Positions 1-12,900 of a stretch of 64,000 bases of DNA are shown here, one piece after another (position 1 is the stretch's first letter; every line of letters begins with the position of its first letter). A program made the position numbers and the translations under genes. Origin of the DNA: Eledone cirrhosa (lineage: Eukaryota); NCBI GenBank assembly GCA_964016885.1, contig OZ024740.1, forward strand, positions 305,846,001-305,910,000. The letters run 5' to 3'. The notes beneath the pieces are model-generated. The model was not told the origin of the DNA. It did no database searches and was given only the letters and a program-made list of their open reading frames with translations.

Positions 1-78
1 CTCAGAATGGCAAGGGCCGTAACTCTATGCGTCAAAGCATGGCGTCCGACCCTCTACTGGCACTGCCAATCCACCGCC
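1..78 (-). mobile_element. tRNA-derived SINE family A, 5' head (cut by window edge)
   Basis: Minus strand reads GGCGGTGGATTGGCAGT... (A-box-like) and matches the other family A copies. Confidence 0.85.
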
Positions 79-97
79 TATATATATAGTAATAATA

Positions 98-283
98 GTA
101 ATTGTTTATACTTTTGGCACAAGGCCAGCAATTACCCAGTGCATTACTGGTACTTTATTTTATCGACCACGTAAGGATGAAAGGCAAAGTAAACCTCGGC
201 GGGATTTGAACTCAGACCGTAAAGGGACGTAACTATGCTGGAAAGCATGGCGTTCGAGTCTCTACCGATACTGCCAATCCACC
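98..283 (-). mobile_element. SINE family A, near full length
   Basis: Minus strand has an A-box-like TGGCAGTATCGG, B-box GAGTTCAAATCC, central TTGCCTTTCATCCTTACG.GGTCGATAAAATAAAGTACCAG and an (ATT)n-like tail. Confidence 0.9.
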
Positions 284-288
284 AATAA

Positions 289-381
289 TAATAATTGTTT
301 CTACTTTTGGCACAAGGCCAGCAATTACCCAGTACATTACTGGTACTTTATTTTATCGACCCCGTAAGGATGAAAGGCAAA
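289..381 (-). mobile_element. SINE family A, 5'-truncated copy inserted in tandem
   Basis: 3' half of the same consensus, directly abutting the previous copy. Confidence 0.85.
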
Positions 382-796
382 ATAATAATAAATGTGAAGA
401 CTAAAATCCGAAGAGGGCTCGATAGGGATTATATATAAATATATATAAAATTCGTAGAGCAAATATTTATTAAAATAACAGATTAAAGTTTAAGCAAAGA
501 ACTGCTGCTTTCACCCTTAACGGGATCTTATGAAACTAAAAAGAATCAAACTGTGGACGTAGAAGTAAATATTTCGAAAAACGTTACAACCGAAGGAAAA
601 CAGGAAGACGATACTTGGGTTCGTGAAGACGTTCCCTGGCAATGAACGGGAAAAAAGCGAGAATAATACGTCGTTATATGGAGCGGGGAGAACAATTTCT
701 CGCAAAGACGAAACACGTTTATGGTATAAATGGAGTCATTAGACTAAAATTCTATTTAGAATAACCGAATGATTCTTAGCTCCGGAGTTTAAGAAT

Positions 797-1011
797 AATG
801 GTTTCTTATATAGGCACAAGGCCATCAATTTTTGGGAAGGGGAAAGTCGATTAAATCGACCCCAGCGCGTGACTGGTACTTTATTTTACGGACCCCGTAA
901 GGATGAAAGGCAAAGTTAACCTCAATGGGATTTTAACTCAGATCATAAAGAGCCGTAACTCTATGCTGCAAAGCATGACGTCCGATCCTCCACCGGTGCT
1001 GCCAATCCACC
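797..1011 (-). mobile_element. SINE family A, long subfamily, with 16-bp TSD
   Basis: Carries an extra GGGGAAAGTCGATTAAATCGACC block. TSD GAGTTTAAGAATAATG at 785-800 and 1012-1027. Confidence 0.9.
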
Positions 1012-1067
1012 GAGTTTAAGAATAATGTAAATAAAGTTGTTAAACGAAAAATACAGGGGTTATTAAA

Positions 1068-1257
1068 ATAATTGTTTCTACTTTTGGCACAACGCCAGCA
1101 ATTACCAGTACATTACTGGTACTTTAATTTATCGACCCCGTAAGGATGAAAGGCAAAGTTGACCTTGGCGGGATTTTAACTCAGAAGGGAAAGGGCCGTA
1201 ACTCTATGCGTCAAAGCATGACGTCCGACCCTGTACCGATATTGCCAATCCACCGCC
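1068..1257 (-). mobile_element. SINE family A with 18-bp TSD
   Basis: Full consensus. TSD AGGGGTTATTAAAATAAT at 1055-1072 and 1260-1277. Confidence 0.9.
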
Positions 1258-1340
1258 CTAGGGGTTATTAAAATAATAAAAGATTTAGGCTAGTGCATAA
1301 GTATGCGCCGATGTATGCATATAACTTTGTTATATATAGA

Positions 1341-1398
1341 AATGACTTCTACAGGACTAGAATTGTTTCATTTGTATGAAATCTTCAGGAATGTCATT
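1341..1398 (-). ncRNA. Type I hammerhead ribozyme motif (family HH-A)
   Basis: Minus strand: aatgacattc-CTGAAGA-tttcatacaaat-GAAACaa-ttctagtc-ctgTA^-gaagtcatt. Stem I is aatgac(a)ttc/gaagtcatt; stems II and III are partly mutated. Confidence 0.75.
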
Positions 1399-1696
1399 TT
1401 TATATATAATAAAGATGTCTATACTACACTAATGTTACTACCGACACATCCCGGAAGTCTATGTATTCTATTTATACATTGAAGAATATGTATGCATAAT
1501 GAGTTTTCCTTTTCTAATGGAAAATTTTCGAATAAATTGTTGTAAAAATCCATTATGCATACTTATTCTTTACTGCATATATTCCGCCTGAACCACCAGA
1601 TGTTATCTGGGTTGCTTCAGGATGCTAGGTGCTTACCTCAGGATACTTTGAGATCTACAAGTTAGAATGCCCTAACTGGTTATCTACTTGCATATC

Positions 1697-1787
<91 letters not shown>

Positions 1788-2247
1788 GCAGCACACATCA
1801 TTCCACATCGCTACTTCGAGGCCATATGGATACCCACTCTAATTTTCAACAAGCAGAGGTATGTCACTTTTCTTCTTGCGCTTTCTTCGATGAAATCGTC
1901 GATAGGGAGGTACAATATTTTGTGACATATCTCTCTTACGTTTTTTTTTCAGGAACCGTTTCACATTCAAAATTTCCTGACTTGCCAAGTTAGTAAATTA
2001 TGAAACGTCCCTTGTTATAATTTTCGCTATCGCCACCTATGTGTGTTAAATTGAGAATGCATGTGTGTGTCTGAACAACTAGTATTTTCTTAATTCTGTT
2101 ACTTTTTAACTCTGCCTGGGGGGGGGGGGGGGGGGGGGCTTATTCGCTGCTGCCATGATTATGGCTAGTAACAACATCAATAATAACTACAACAGTAATA
2201 ATTCTTAGCATTCGTTATGTGATAAAAATAATATAATTGACAATGAA

Positions 2248-2450
2248 AATAGAAATAGAAGCTTTCGCATATTTTTGACTAAAGATATTTTTAGCCTTAT
2301 AGCAGGGTTTTGAACCCCCTAAGAAATGGAAAAAAAGATGAGAATTGTACGTCAATACTCATCTTTTTCCATTTCTTAGGGGGTTCTAAACCCCACTATC
2401 AGGCTAAAATTACTTTAGTAAAAAATACGGCGAAAGCTTTTATTTCTATG
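2248..2450. repeat. Fold-back inverted repeat (~95-bp imperfect arms)
   Basis: Arms are reverse complements around attgtacgtcaat. The right arm ends in GCGAAAGCTT, a possible hammerhead 3' half. Confidence 0.8.
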
Positions 2451-2800
2451 TTCAAACTCGCTCGCTGTTTCAAAACATAATTGACAATATTTCATTGAAC
2501 ATCTAAGCCAGTGTTAACACTGTAATCCTTTTGTCTGTAAGTACGATGTTCCTGCAGTAAAGTAGGACACGAGACAGCACGGCATAATTGACCTTTACTT
2601 TACTAAATATCAAACTTTAATAACTGTTGTAGGTGTGAATATGTGTCAATGTGTGTGGATATGTTTGTGTGTGTGTGCATGTAGTCTAGTGTATGATTTT
2701 GCGCAAGTGTCTTTGTTTCTGTATATTTATATGTGTATCTCTGCATGTTAGTGTATTTGTGTATCTGTGTGTGTGGTTGTATGCAAATATAAATAAATAA

Positions 2801-2835
<35 letters not shown>

Positions 2836-3556
2836 AGTGTGTGTGTGTTAAGGGGAGGAAGTTGTTTTACGCAATTCCCGAAGAACTTTTCCTTACGAAA
2901 GACAAGAAAAGAATGAAACAATGGCGTCTTCTTCAGTTTTATTGTCTGGTGCTGCCATAGAAATACGGTCTCTAAGAAGAAAGGAATATTTCAGTTACGA
3001 AACAGCATGGTATTTCCCACGATAGTTCCACTGCACTACTTCTGTTTAAAAATTCAATAATTTATTCATTAGAAGAATGAAGAGAAAAATTGACTGAACT
3101 CCAACTGAACTCCAATCTCAAAGATTTCCCCAGTAATGTAAGTGTGGGGAATTTACTGTTTATTAATCGACTCGATGATCCCTAGTATTGTTGAATAAAG
3201 GTTGACTCCAGAATCTATGATCTAGTATAGATTTTCGGCTCTAGTAACTCTTTCACTTGACTTATGCAGAGAAAAGGGGAAGAATGAAAGATTAGGAGCC
3301 GATTGTCAAATCGGACAAAGGAGATTACATTTCCACTGGTCTGAATATTGCTGGCCCTATATCACAAGTCCTGGCAGAAGGAGGAAAAATTTAAACATAT
3401 TTATTCAAAGGTATTTATGCATGTATATATTAAGGAAAACGATCGACGATAGAGTGAAGTACAAAACTTCTATGGGTGACCCTGAGCCCCGTCTCAACTT
3501 ATCAAAGTTGAGCCCCGTCTTAACTTATCAAAGTTGCTCATAAAAACAAAGTTTAT

Positions 3557-3644
<88 letters not shown>

Positions 3645-3746
3645 GAAGGTGTACACCCTTGAAAAGTTTGCTAAACACAAGCCGAAACAGCTTGGCGTCG
3701 CAGTCGGGTTTCTACCTTCCTCTAAACACACTTAGCTTCTTCCCAT

Positions 3747-3824
<78 letters not shown>

Positions 3825-3839
3825 ATATATATATATAAA

Positions 3840-4115
3840 CATATAACCAAAGATTAATATGGTTTATTGATTACTCAATGAATACAGTTTTACAATAGAT
3901 TAAAAGCACTCAACAGTGGAATTTTCCTGGAGTTTTTAATATTATTCAAAATATTAACAAATGAAGATATTCATTTGTTAATGAATATATGCTTTATTAT
4001 ACATATTTCAAAGGTACTGTGTTGTTTTTTTCCGTACGTCCTCGTCAGATAAATTATATGATTTGATATATGACATACCTCTACGGTCTTGATATTTCAA
4101 TTCCAGTATTGGCAG

Positions 4116-4116
<1 letters not shown>
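3840..4116 (-). mobile_element. Penelope-like terminal repeat fragment (family HH-B2) between microsatellites
   Basis: Reverse complement of 8750-8990; contains the hammerhead at 3993-4053. Confidence 0.7.
3993..4053 (-). ncRNA. Hammerhead motif HH-B2
   Basis: Minus strand: tttat-CTGACGA-ggacgtac...gtaccttt-GAAA-tatgta-TA^-ataaa. Confidence 0.75.
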
Positions 4117-4208
<92 letters not shown>

Positions 4209-4251
4209 TATATATATATATATATATATACTATATATATATATATATATA

Positions 4252-4307
<56 letters not shown>

Positions 4308-4396
4308 TATATATATATATATATATATACTATATATATATATATATATATATATGCATATATATATTTATATATATGTATGCATATATATATATG

Positions 4397-4429
<33 letters not shown>

Positions 4430-4531
4430 GTATATATGCGAAAGCCAGCCTCCTACCAAGCCAGCCTCCTACCTTAATGGTCGCTATATTTATGGTACGT
4501 CAAAATTATTTATAAAACTGGTTATATATTG

Positions 4532-4597
4532 TATTTTATCTGACGAAGGCATGCCATATTTTTAATATGGTATCCCTGAAATATGTATAATGAAATA
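4532..4597 (+). ncRNA. Hammerhead motif HH-B1
   Basis: tattttat-CTGACGA-aggcatgccata(tttttaa)tatggtatccct-GAAA-tatgta-TA^-atgaaata, with an 8-bp stem I and a long stem II. Confidence 0.85.
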
Positions 4598-4638
4598 AAT
4601 ATGGTTTTATAAATATAGTTTCCATTTGTTTAATATCG

Positions 4639-4835
<197 letters not shown>

Positions 4836-4907
4836 CATACATATATATATATACATATATCGTTGACGTCTGAGAGAGTGGAGTACTCAATACCGAAGTA
4901 GAATTTT

Positions 4908-5066
4908 AATATTCATTTTATTAAGGCTGAATAGTGAGTCTTGTTATTTTGGAGTTTCGCCTGTTTATCACAGGGTCACCAGACACTAAATAATGATGAC
5001 ACTGTGATTAACAGGCAAAATTACAGAGTAACAAGATTCACTATTTAGCCTTAATAAAATGAATAT
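4908..5066. repeat. Fold-back element with two decayed hammerhead-like motifs
   Basis: About 70-bp inverted arms. Minus arm reads CTGGTGA-ccctgt gataa acaggc-GAAAC; plus arm reads ATGATGA-cactgt...acaggc-AAAAT. Confidence 0.6.
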
Positions 5067-5185
5067 ATATATATATATAATATATATATATATGTGTGTG
5101 TGTAAAAGGTAAACAGAAATAACAACACAATCGGTACAGTATATGGAAGGGATATATTAGGTTAACGCTTGATATAGCAGGAAGA

Positions 5186-5224
5186 CGGTCTTAACGTTTC
5201 GGATGCTAGTCCTTCATTAGATGA
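5186..5224 (-). ncRNA. Decayed minimal hammerhead (Penelope 3'-end type)
   Basis: Minus strand: CTAATGA-a-gga ctagca tcc-GAAACGTT. G5 is mutated to A. Confidence 0.5.
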
Positions 5225-5499
5225 AAGAATGAGAAATAAGATAGATTGAGGGGACTGGTGGGATGGAATTGGAAAAAAATGTCTTTAGATAAAAATAACA
5301 GGTCCATTCATGTTGCCATCTCTTGGAAAACTGATGATGCTGACACTTTGTGTATAATATTTATATATATATATATATATGTATATAATATCAGCTAGAT
5401 CGTATTTCGGCGGTGGCCAAAAACAAAACGAAACGCAATCTTCGAGATATGCGGCAAGCGCTCAATGAACTAAAAGAAGACCAGATCAATTAACATACG

Positions 5500-5562
<63 letters not shown>

Positions 5563-5621
5563 TTCAAAATAGTAACAAGTGAAAAATATTCTCATAATCA
5601 AAATATATATTTTATTATACA

Positions 5622-6544
5622 TTAGCAGTGGTACCCGGCGTTGCACGGGATAAGGTATTTTGAAACGCGGGCCGCCAACAGACCTAATCGTGGAAAAACT
5701 GCATGCCTGGACAAAATGTAAAGAAAATAAACCGAATACTCTGATGGCTGGATAATCTTTCAGATTTTCCTCGATGAAGCAGGAAAAATGCAGGTTTTCA
5801 CCTAATGCGGGCCCTAAGGGATCAAGAAAATGAATTTTTTTTATGTGCATAATATGCCTTGAAATTTCGGAAAAATCGGCTAGACGTAACGCCTCAAAAA
5901 AGCCCTAAAAAGCTGAAAAAAAAATGAAGTTTTTCACCTAATGCAGGCCCTAGGCCATAAAAAGTTGGATTTTTTTGCTCACGATATGAAGAAAAGACTG
6001 ACTAATACATAGTTACAATTTCAAGGAAATCAGTCTGACGTAACGCCTCAAAAAACCTGAAAAAAAAACGCAGTTTTTCACCTAATGCGGGCCCTAGAGG
6101 ATCAAAAAGTTCAATTTTTTTTATGTGCATAACACTCTCTGAAACATAAGTAATACACATGTAAAGTTTGAAAAAAGTCGGTTGGGTACTTCTCGAGTTT
6201 TAGGGATTCAAACTCACACACACACACACACAGACAGACATCCTCAGGGAAGTGACGTATGCAGACAGTCAGACATACAGACAGATATTATAAGGGCGCG
6301 ACGTTATATGTATGTATCTATCTAAAAAGAGAAAGACTAAGAATTATAGAGAGAGATCGCTAAATCGCCTAATGCAGTCCCTAGGGCATTGAAATGAAAT
6401 TGTTTTTGCTCAGAACACTCCCTGAAACATAAGTATTACATGTGTAAAGTTTGAAAACAGTCGGTTGGGTGCTTCTCGAGTTTTAGGGATTCAAACTCAC
6501 ACACACACACAAACAGACATCCTCAGTTTTATATATATAGAAGA
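5622..6544 (-). mobile_element. Non-autonomous Helitron-like element 1
   Basis: Minus strand starts TCTTCTATATATATAAAACTGAGG and ends with hairpin CCCGTGCAACGCCGGG then ...CTAA (CTRR). Internal ~135-bp subrepeats (TTTTCACCTAATGCGGGCCCTAG). Confidence 0.8.
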
Positions 6545-7279
6545 CTAGCAGAAAACCACCCGGTGGGCGGTTTTCTGCTAGCAAATCTAGTGTATATACT
6601 GATATTGTTGAGATTTGGATGAGAAATGTTTTCGGCACCACATGTTCACCGTCTCTCGGTGTGTCTTTTATGCATGTATAAATATATATGTTATCTATAC
6701 GGTGAAATCTTTGAAATAAATATATGTTAAAACGAAAAAGGATAAAAAGAGATTAGTGACGGAAATATAAACGTTATGATACATAAACGTTATGATATAA
6801 CGATGGAAATATATAAACGTTTACGATAAAACGATGGAAATAGAAACGTTTATATATAATTGTTTCTACTTTTTGGCACAAGGCCAGCAATTATCCCAGT
6901 ACATTACTGGTACTTTATTTTATCGACCCCGTAAGGATGAAAGGCAAAGTTAACCTCGGCGGGAATTGAACTCAGATCGTAAAGGGACGTAACTATGCTG
7001 GAAAGCATAATCCAACCCTCTACCGATACTGCCAATTCACCGCCCTTTGGAAATATGGAAATAGAAACGTTTATATATAATGATAAGCCGAAACACTCGT
7101 AAGCCGAAACACTCGTAAGTCGAAACACTCGTAAAGCGAAACGTATAAATAAAGATTAATGTAATGAATTTGAAAAGCATAGAGATTTGAAACCGCGTCT
7201 ATTTGTTTCCTTGGCACTTTTTACAGACGGATAGACAGACAAACAAACAGAGAAATGCCCATTATATATTATAAGTAGA
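6545..7279 (-). mobile_element. Non-autonomous Helitron-like element 2
   Basis: Minus strand starts TCTACTTATAATATATAATGGGC and ends CTAG inside the 37-nt near-perfect palindrome at 6545-6581. It abuts the 5'-TC of element 1 with no spacer. Confidence 0.7.
6858..7045 (-). mobile_element. SINE family A nested in Helitron 2, 27-bp TSD
   Basis: ATGGAAATAGAAACGTTTATATATAAT at 6834-6860 and 7055-7081. Confidence 0.9.
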
Positions 7280-8316
7280 CTTGGCATGGTGTCAAGTCAG
7301 AACCGCCTCGAACTGGTTACTTCTGGCTTGTGCAAGGTGTCTCTATAGCAACCAGCGATTCCCTCGGCCTCAGTGACCAAAGTCAGTGGAGAGGGTAAGG
7401 TAATGTTTCTATAGCGACAGTGTTTCTCTTGGTAGTACCAAAGTGGAGAAAGGAAGGGGAAGGTAATATTTCTGTAGCACCTACATTTGAGTTTTAGGGA
7501 AGGACAGACAGACAGACAGACAGACAAACAGAGAAATGCCCATATATTTCTGTGTGTGTATATATATATATATTACACACACAGAAATGTATATATATTT
7601 CTGTGTGTATATATATATATTACACACACAGAAATGTATATATATTTCTGTGTGTGTATATATATATATATTACACACACAGAAAGGTATATATATTTCT
7701 TAGAACAAAATTATTATTAATGTTTTGCTGTTCATAACAATTGGAATTGAAAAATTACTTTTGAAATTATTAGTTATTTTACTAATGCTTAGATATGTAA
7801 AAGTGAAGCAATGTTTCTAATAATTGTTTCTACTTTTGGCACAAGGCCAGCAATTACCCAGTACATTACTGGTACTTTATTTTATCGACCCCGTGAGGAT
7901 GAAAGGCAAAGTTAACCTCGGCGGTATTTGAACTCAGACCGTAAAGGGACGTAACTCCATGCTGTGACCGTAAAGGGACGTAACTCCATGCGACTCTCTA
8001 CAGATTCTGCCAATCCACCGCCCTAATGTCTGTACGTAATAAGGGAGTGAGAGGGGAGAGAAAGAAAGGCAGAGGTGAAGTGACGAAGTGACTCTCTCCT
8101 CCTCCTCCTCCTCCATCTCCCCATTCGTCACAGCGATAGAGGGGAGGAATGTTAGTGTGTTACAAAGAGAAAGAGTGAGAGTGAGAGAAACAGACAGACT
8201 AAAAGAGAGGGATAGCTGGAGAGAGAGAGAGATAGCAACCACGCGCGCACGTGTTTCCACTGTCGGACAGACAAACAGACAGACAGAGAAATTGCTGGTT
8301 ATATATTATAAGGAGA
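7280..8316 (-). mobile_element. Non-autonomous Helitron-like element 3 (possibly composite)
   Basis: Minus strand starts TCTCCTTATAATATATAACCAGCAATTTCTCTGTC, similar to element 2. The 3' end is degenerate (CAAG). The array is flanked by host A (5621) and T (8317) with no TSD. Confidence 0.6.
7818..8022 (-). mobile_element. SINE family A with an internal ~28-bp duplication
   Basis: Consensus match; GACCGTAAAGGGACGTAACTCCATGC occurs twice. Confidence 0.85.
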
Positions 8317-8990
8317 TATTTCAAAGGTACTGTGTTGTTTTTTCAGTACATCCTCATCAGACAAAATATATGATTTGATATATGAAATACCGCCACGGTC
8401 TTGATTATTAAATTCCAGTATTGGCAGTGATTTATTTCATCAAATCTCAACATTTATATACCACAAATAATATGATAAACTTAAAGAAGAAAAGGACGTA
8501 GAGCAAATTAGAGATATAAGAGAGGGTGTAAAGGAGAGAAAAGGCAAGAAAAAATAAATAAATACATACATAAATAGATAAATGAATAAAAAATAAATAA
8601 ATGAATAAAAAAAATATATAAAAAAAGAAAAGAGGAATAACGATAAAAGAGAGGGAAGGTGTGGGGAAAGTAAAGGGGACGTCGTTATTCTTTAAGTTTA
8701 TGATATTATTTGTTGTTTAAAAACGTTGAGATTTGATGAAATAAATCATTGCCAATACTGGAATTGAATAATCAAAACCGTAGCGGTCAAATCATATATT
8801 TTGTCTGATGAGGACGTACTGAAAAAACAACACAGTACCTTTGAAATATATATAATAAAGTATATATTTTGATTATGAGAATATTTTTCATTTGTTAATA
8901 TTTTGAATAACATTAAAAACTGCAGGAAAATTCCACTGTTGAGTGCTTCTAATCTATTGTAAAATTGTATTCATTGAGTAATCAACGAAC
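8317..8990. mobile_element. Fold-back Penelope-like end (HH-B2); left arm continues at 5560-5621
   Basis: 8317-8490 is the reverse complement of about 8685-8850. Confidence 0.75.
8797..8862 (+). ncRNA. Hammerhead motif HH-B2
   Basis: tattttgt-CTGATGA-ggacgtact...agtaccttt-GAAA-tatata-TA^-ataaagta. Confidence 0.8.
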
Positions 8991-9005
8991 CATACTGATC
9001 TTTGG

Positions 9006-9090
<85 letters not shown>

Positions 9091-9699
9091 AATGAAATGT
9101 GGGAATCCAAACGCAGTAAAAAAGCTACAACTGTTGATCAGTATAAATAATAAAAAAATCGAACCAGCAGCCACTACTTAGAATCGAACTCCGTATCCCT
9201 CGGTAGTTATAGGCTACGTTCATTAAAGCAACTCGTCAAATCATATGGCATATACGTATATATATGAACTGACATAGCGACTCCCAGAAATAAATGAGTA
9301 AATAATAATAATAATAATAAAATAAAATGAAAGTAAAGCAAGTAGAATTTATTTGAGCTTAATTCGAGAGGAATTAGTACAGGAACAGGTGTTATGAAGT
9401 CTGTGAAGCTTAGTGTTAAAAACTTGAAATGTGTAGACGGTAAGGTGGTGGTGGTGGTGGGAGGTCGGTGTGAAGTCTCAACGAATCATGTCAGTAACTC
9501 CTCCCTCCTTGACTCGACTATATTACTTACCAAGTGTCACATACTCACACAAACCACCTCATCAACTATTGTTAGTTCCTATCAGTGACACGTTGCGGTC
9601 AACGGTACACACCTGCTTTAAATGTTTGGTCCTTAACGGTAAAATGGACACTGACTGGAACTCTGATCTATCTATCTGTCTGTCTGTCTGTCTGCCTGC

Positions 9700-9885
9700 C
9701 TGCCTGACTGTCTGCCTCTCTCGCTCTCTCTCTCTCTCCCTCTCTCTCACACACACGCTCTCTCTCCCTCACGCGCACACACACTCCCTCTGTCTCTCTC
9801 TCTCACACACACACTCTCTGTCTTAAACACACACTCTCTCTCACACACGCACACGCACACACACACACACACACTCTCTCTGTCT

Positions 9886-9920
<35 letters not shown>

Positions 9921-12900
9921 TCTCTCTCTCTCACGTACACACACTCTTTCACTCACTCACATGTACCCACACACACACTCTCTCTCTGTCTCATACACAC
10001 ACACACACACACACTCTCTCTCTCTCACACACAATCTCTCTCTCATGTACACACACTCTCTCACTCACACACATGCACACACACACACGCACACACTCTC
10101 TCTCTCACCCCCCACTATCTCTCACCCACACACACATTCTCTCTCTCACCCCCACACACTCTCTCTCTCACCCACACACACTCTCTCTCTCACCCACACA
10201 ATCTCTCTCTCTCACCCACACACACTCTCTCTCTCACCCACACACACTCTCTCTCTCACCCACACACACTCTCTCTCTCACCCACCACTCTCTCTCACCC
10301 CCACACACATCTCTCTCTCACCCACCACTCTCTCTCACCCCCACACACACTCTCTCTCTCACCCACACACACACTCTCTCTCTCTCTCACCCCCCCACTC
10401 TCTCTCACCCCCCCACTCTCTCTCTCACCCCCACCCACCTCTCTCTCTCACCCACACACACTCTCTCTCTCACCCACCACTCTCTCTCACCCCCACACAC
10501 ACTCTCTCTCTCACCCACACACACACTCTCTCTCTCACCCACACACTCTCTCTCACCCCCACTCTCTCTCTCACCCCCACACACTCTCTCTCTCACCCAC
10601 ACACACACTCTCTCTCACCCCCACACACTCTCTCTCTCACCCACCCACACACTCTCTCTCTCACCCACACACACACTCTCTCTCTCACCCACACACACTC
10701 TCTCTCTCTCTCACAACACACACACACTCTCTCTCTCACCCCCCACTTTCTCTCACCCCCACTCTCTCTCTCACCCACACACACTCTTTCTCTCTCACAC
10801 ACACACTCTCTTTATCTCACCCACACACACCTCTCTCTCTCACCCACACACACTCTCTCTCAAACCCACACACTCTCTCTCTCACCCACACACACACACT
10901 CTCTCGCTCACCCACACACACACTCTCTCTCTCACCCACACACACACTCTCTCTCTCACACCACACTCTCTCTCTCACCCACCCACCTCACTCTCTCTCA
11001 CCCACACACACTCTCTCTCTCACCCACACACACACTCTCTCTCTCACCCACACACACACACTCTCTCTCACCCACACACACTCTCTCTCTAACCCACACA
11101 CACACTCTCTCTCTCAGCCACCCACCTCACTCTCTCTCACCCACACACACTCCCTCTCTCACGCTCACACACACTCTCTCTCTCACCCTCACACACACTC
11201 TCTCTCTCACCCACACACACTCTCTCTCTCTCACCCACACACACACACTCTCTCTCACCCACACACACACACACTCTCTCTCTCACCCACACACACTCTC
11301 TCTCTCACCCACACACACTCTCTCTCTCTCACCCACACACAAACACTCTCTCTCTCTCACCCACACACACACACACACTCTCTCTCTCACCCCCCACTCT
11401 CTCACCCCCCCACTCTCTCACCCCCCCCCCCACTCTCTCTCACCCTCACACACACTCTCTCTCTCACCCACACACACACTCTCTCTCTCACCCACACACA
11501 CACACTCTCTCTCACCCACACACACACTCTCTCTCTCACCCACACACACACACACTCTCTCACCCACTCACACACTCGCTCTGTCGCCCACCCACACACT
11601 CTCTCTCTCACTCACACACACACTCGCTCTGTCACCCACACACACACTCTCTCTCTCACCCACCCACACACTCGCTCTGTCACCCACATACACACTCTCT
11701 CTCACCCACCCACACACTCTCTCTCACCCACACACACACTCTCTCTCACCCACACACACACTCTCTCTCTCACCCACCCACACACTCGCTCTGTCACCCA
11801 CACACACACTCTCTCTCACCCACCCACACACTCGCTCTGTCACCCACACACACACTCTCTCTCTCACCCACACACACTCTCTCTCTCACCCACACACACA
11901 CACTCTCTCTCACCCACACATTCGCTCTGTCACCCACACACACACACTCTCTCTCTCACCCACACACACACACTCTCTCTGTCACCCCCACTCCCCCACA
12001 CTCTCTTTCTCACCCACACACACACTCTCTCTCACCCACACACACACTCTCTCTCTCACCCACACACACACACTCTCTCTCACCCACACACACACTCTCT
12101 CTCTCACCCACACACACACACACTCTCTCACCCACTCACACACTCGCTCTGTCGCCCACCCACACACTCTCTCTCTCACTCACACACACACTCGCTCTGT
12201 CACCCACACACACACTCTCTCTCTCACCCACCCACACACTCGCTCTGTCACCCACATACACACTCTCTCTCACCCACCCACACACTCTCTCTCACCCACA
12301 CACACACTCTCTCTCACCCACACACACACTCTCTCTCTCACCCACCCACACACTCGCTCTGTCACCCACACACACACTCTCTCTCACCCACCCACACACT
12401 CGCTCTGTCACCCACACACACACTCTCTCTCTCACCCACACACACTCTCTCTCTCACCCACACACACACACTCTCTCTCACCCACACATTCGCTCTGTCA
12501 CCCACACACACACACTCTCTCTCTCACCCACACACACACACTCTCTCTGTCACCCCCACTCCCCCACACTCTCTTTCTCACCCACACACACACTCTCTCT
12601 CACCCACACACACACTCTCTCTCTCACCCACCCACACACTCGCTCTGTCACCCACACACACACTCTCTCTCACCCACCCACACACTCGCTCTGTCACCCA
12701 CACACACACTCTCTCTCTCACCCACACACACTCTCTCTCTCACCCACACACACACACTCTCTCTCACCCACACATTCGCTCTGTCACCCACACACACACA
12801 CTCTCTCTCTCACCCACACACACACACTCTCTCTGTCACCCCCACTCCCCCACACTCTCTTTCTAACCCACACACACACTCGCTCTGTCACCCACACACA

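Noticed and set aside
98-283. SINE heads as tRNA genes
   Set aside because: They have A/B boxes but no cloverleaf, continue into a SINE body and tail, and several have TSDs.
1790-3412. Splice-like islands (1790-1858, 3072-3137, 3269-3410) as host exons
   Set aside because: Plausible AG/GT sites are present, but there is no consistent frame or recognisable protein.
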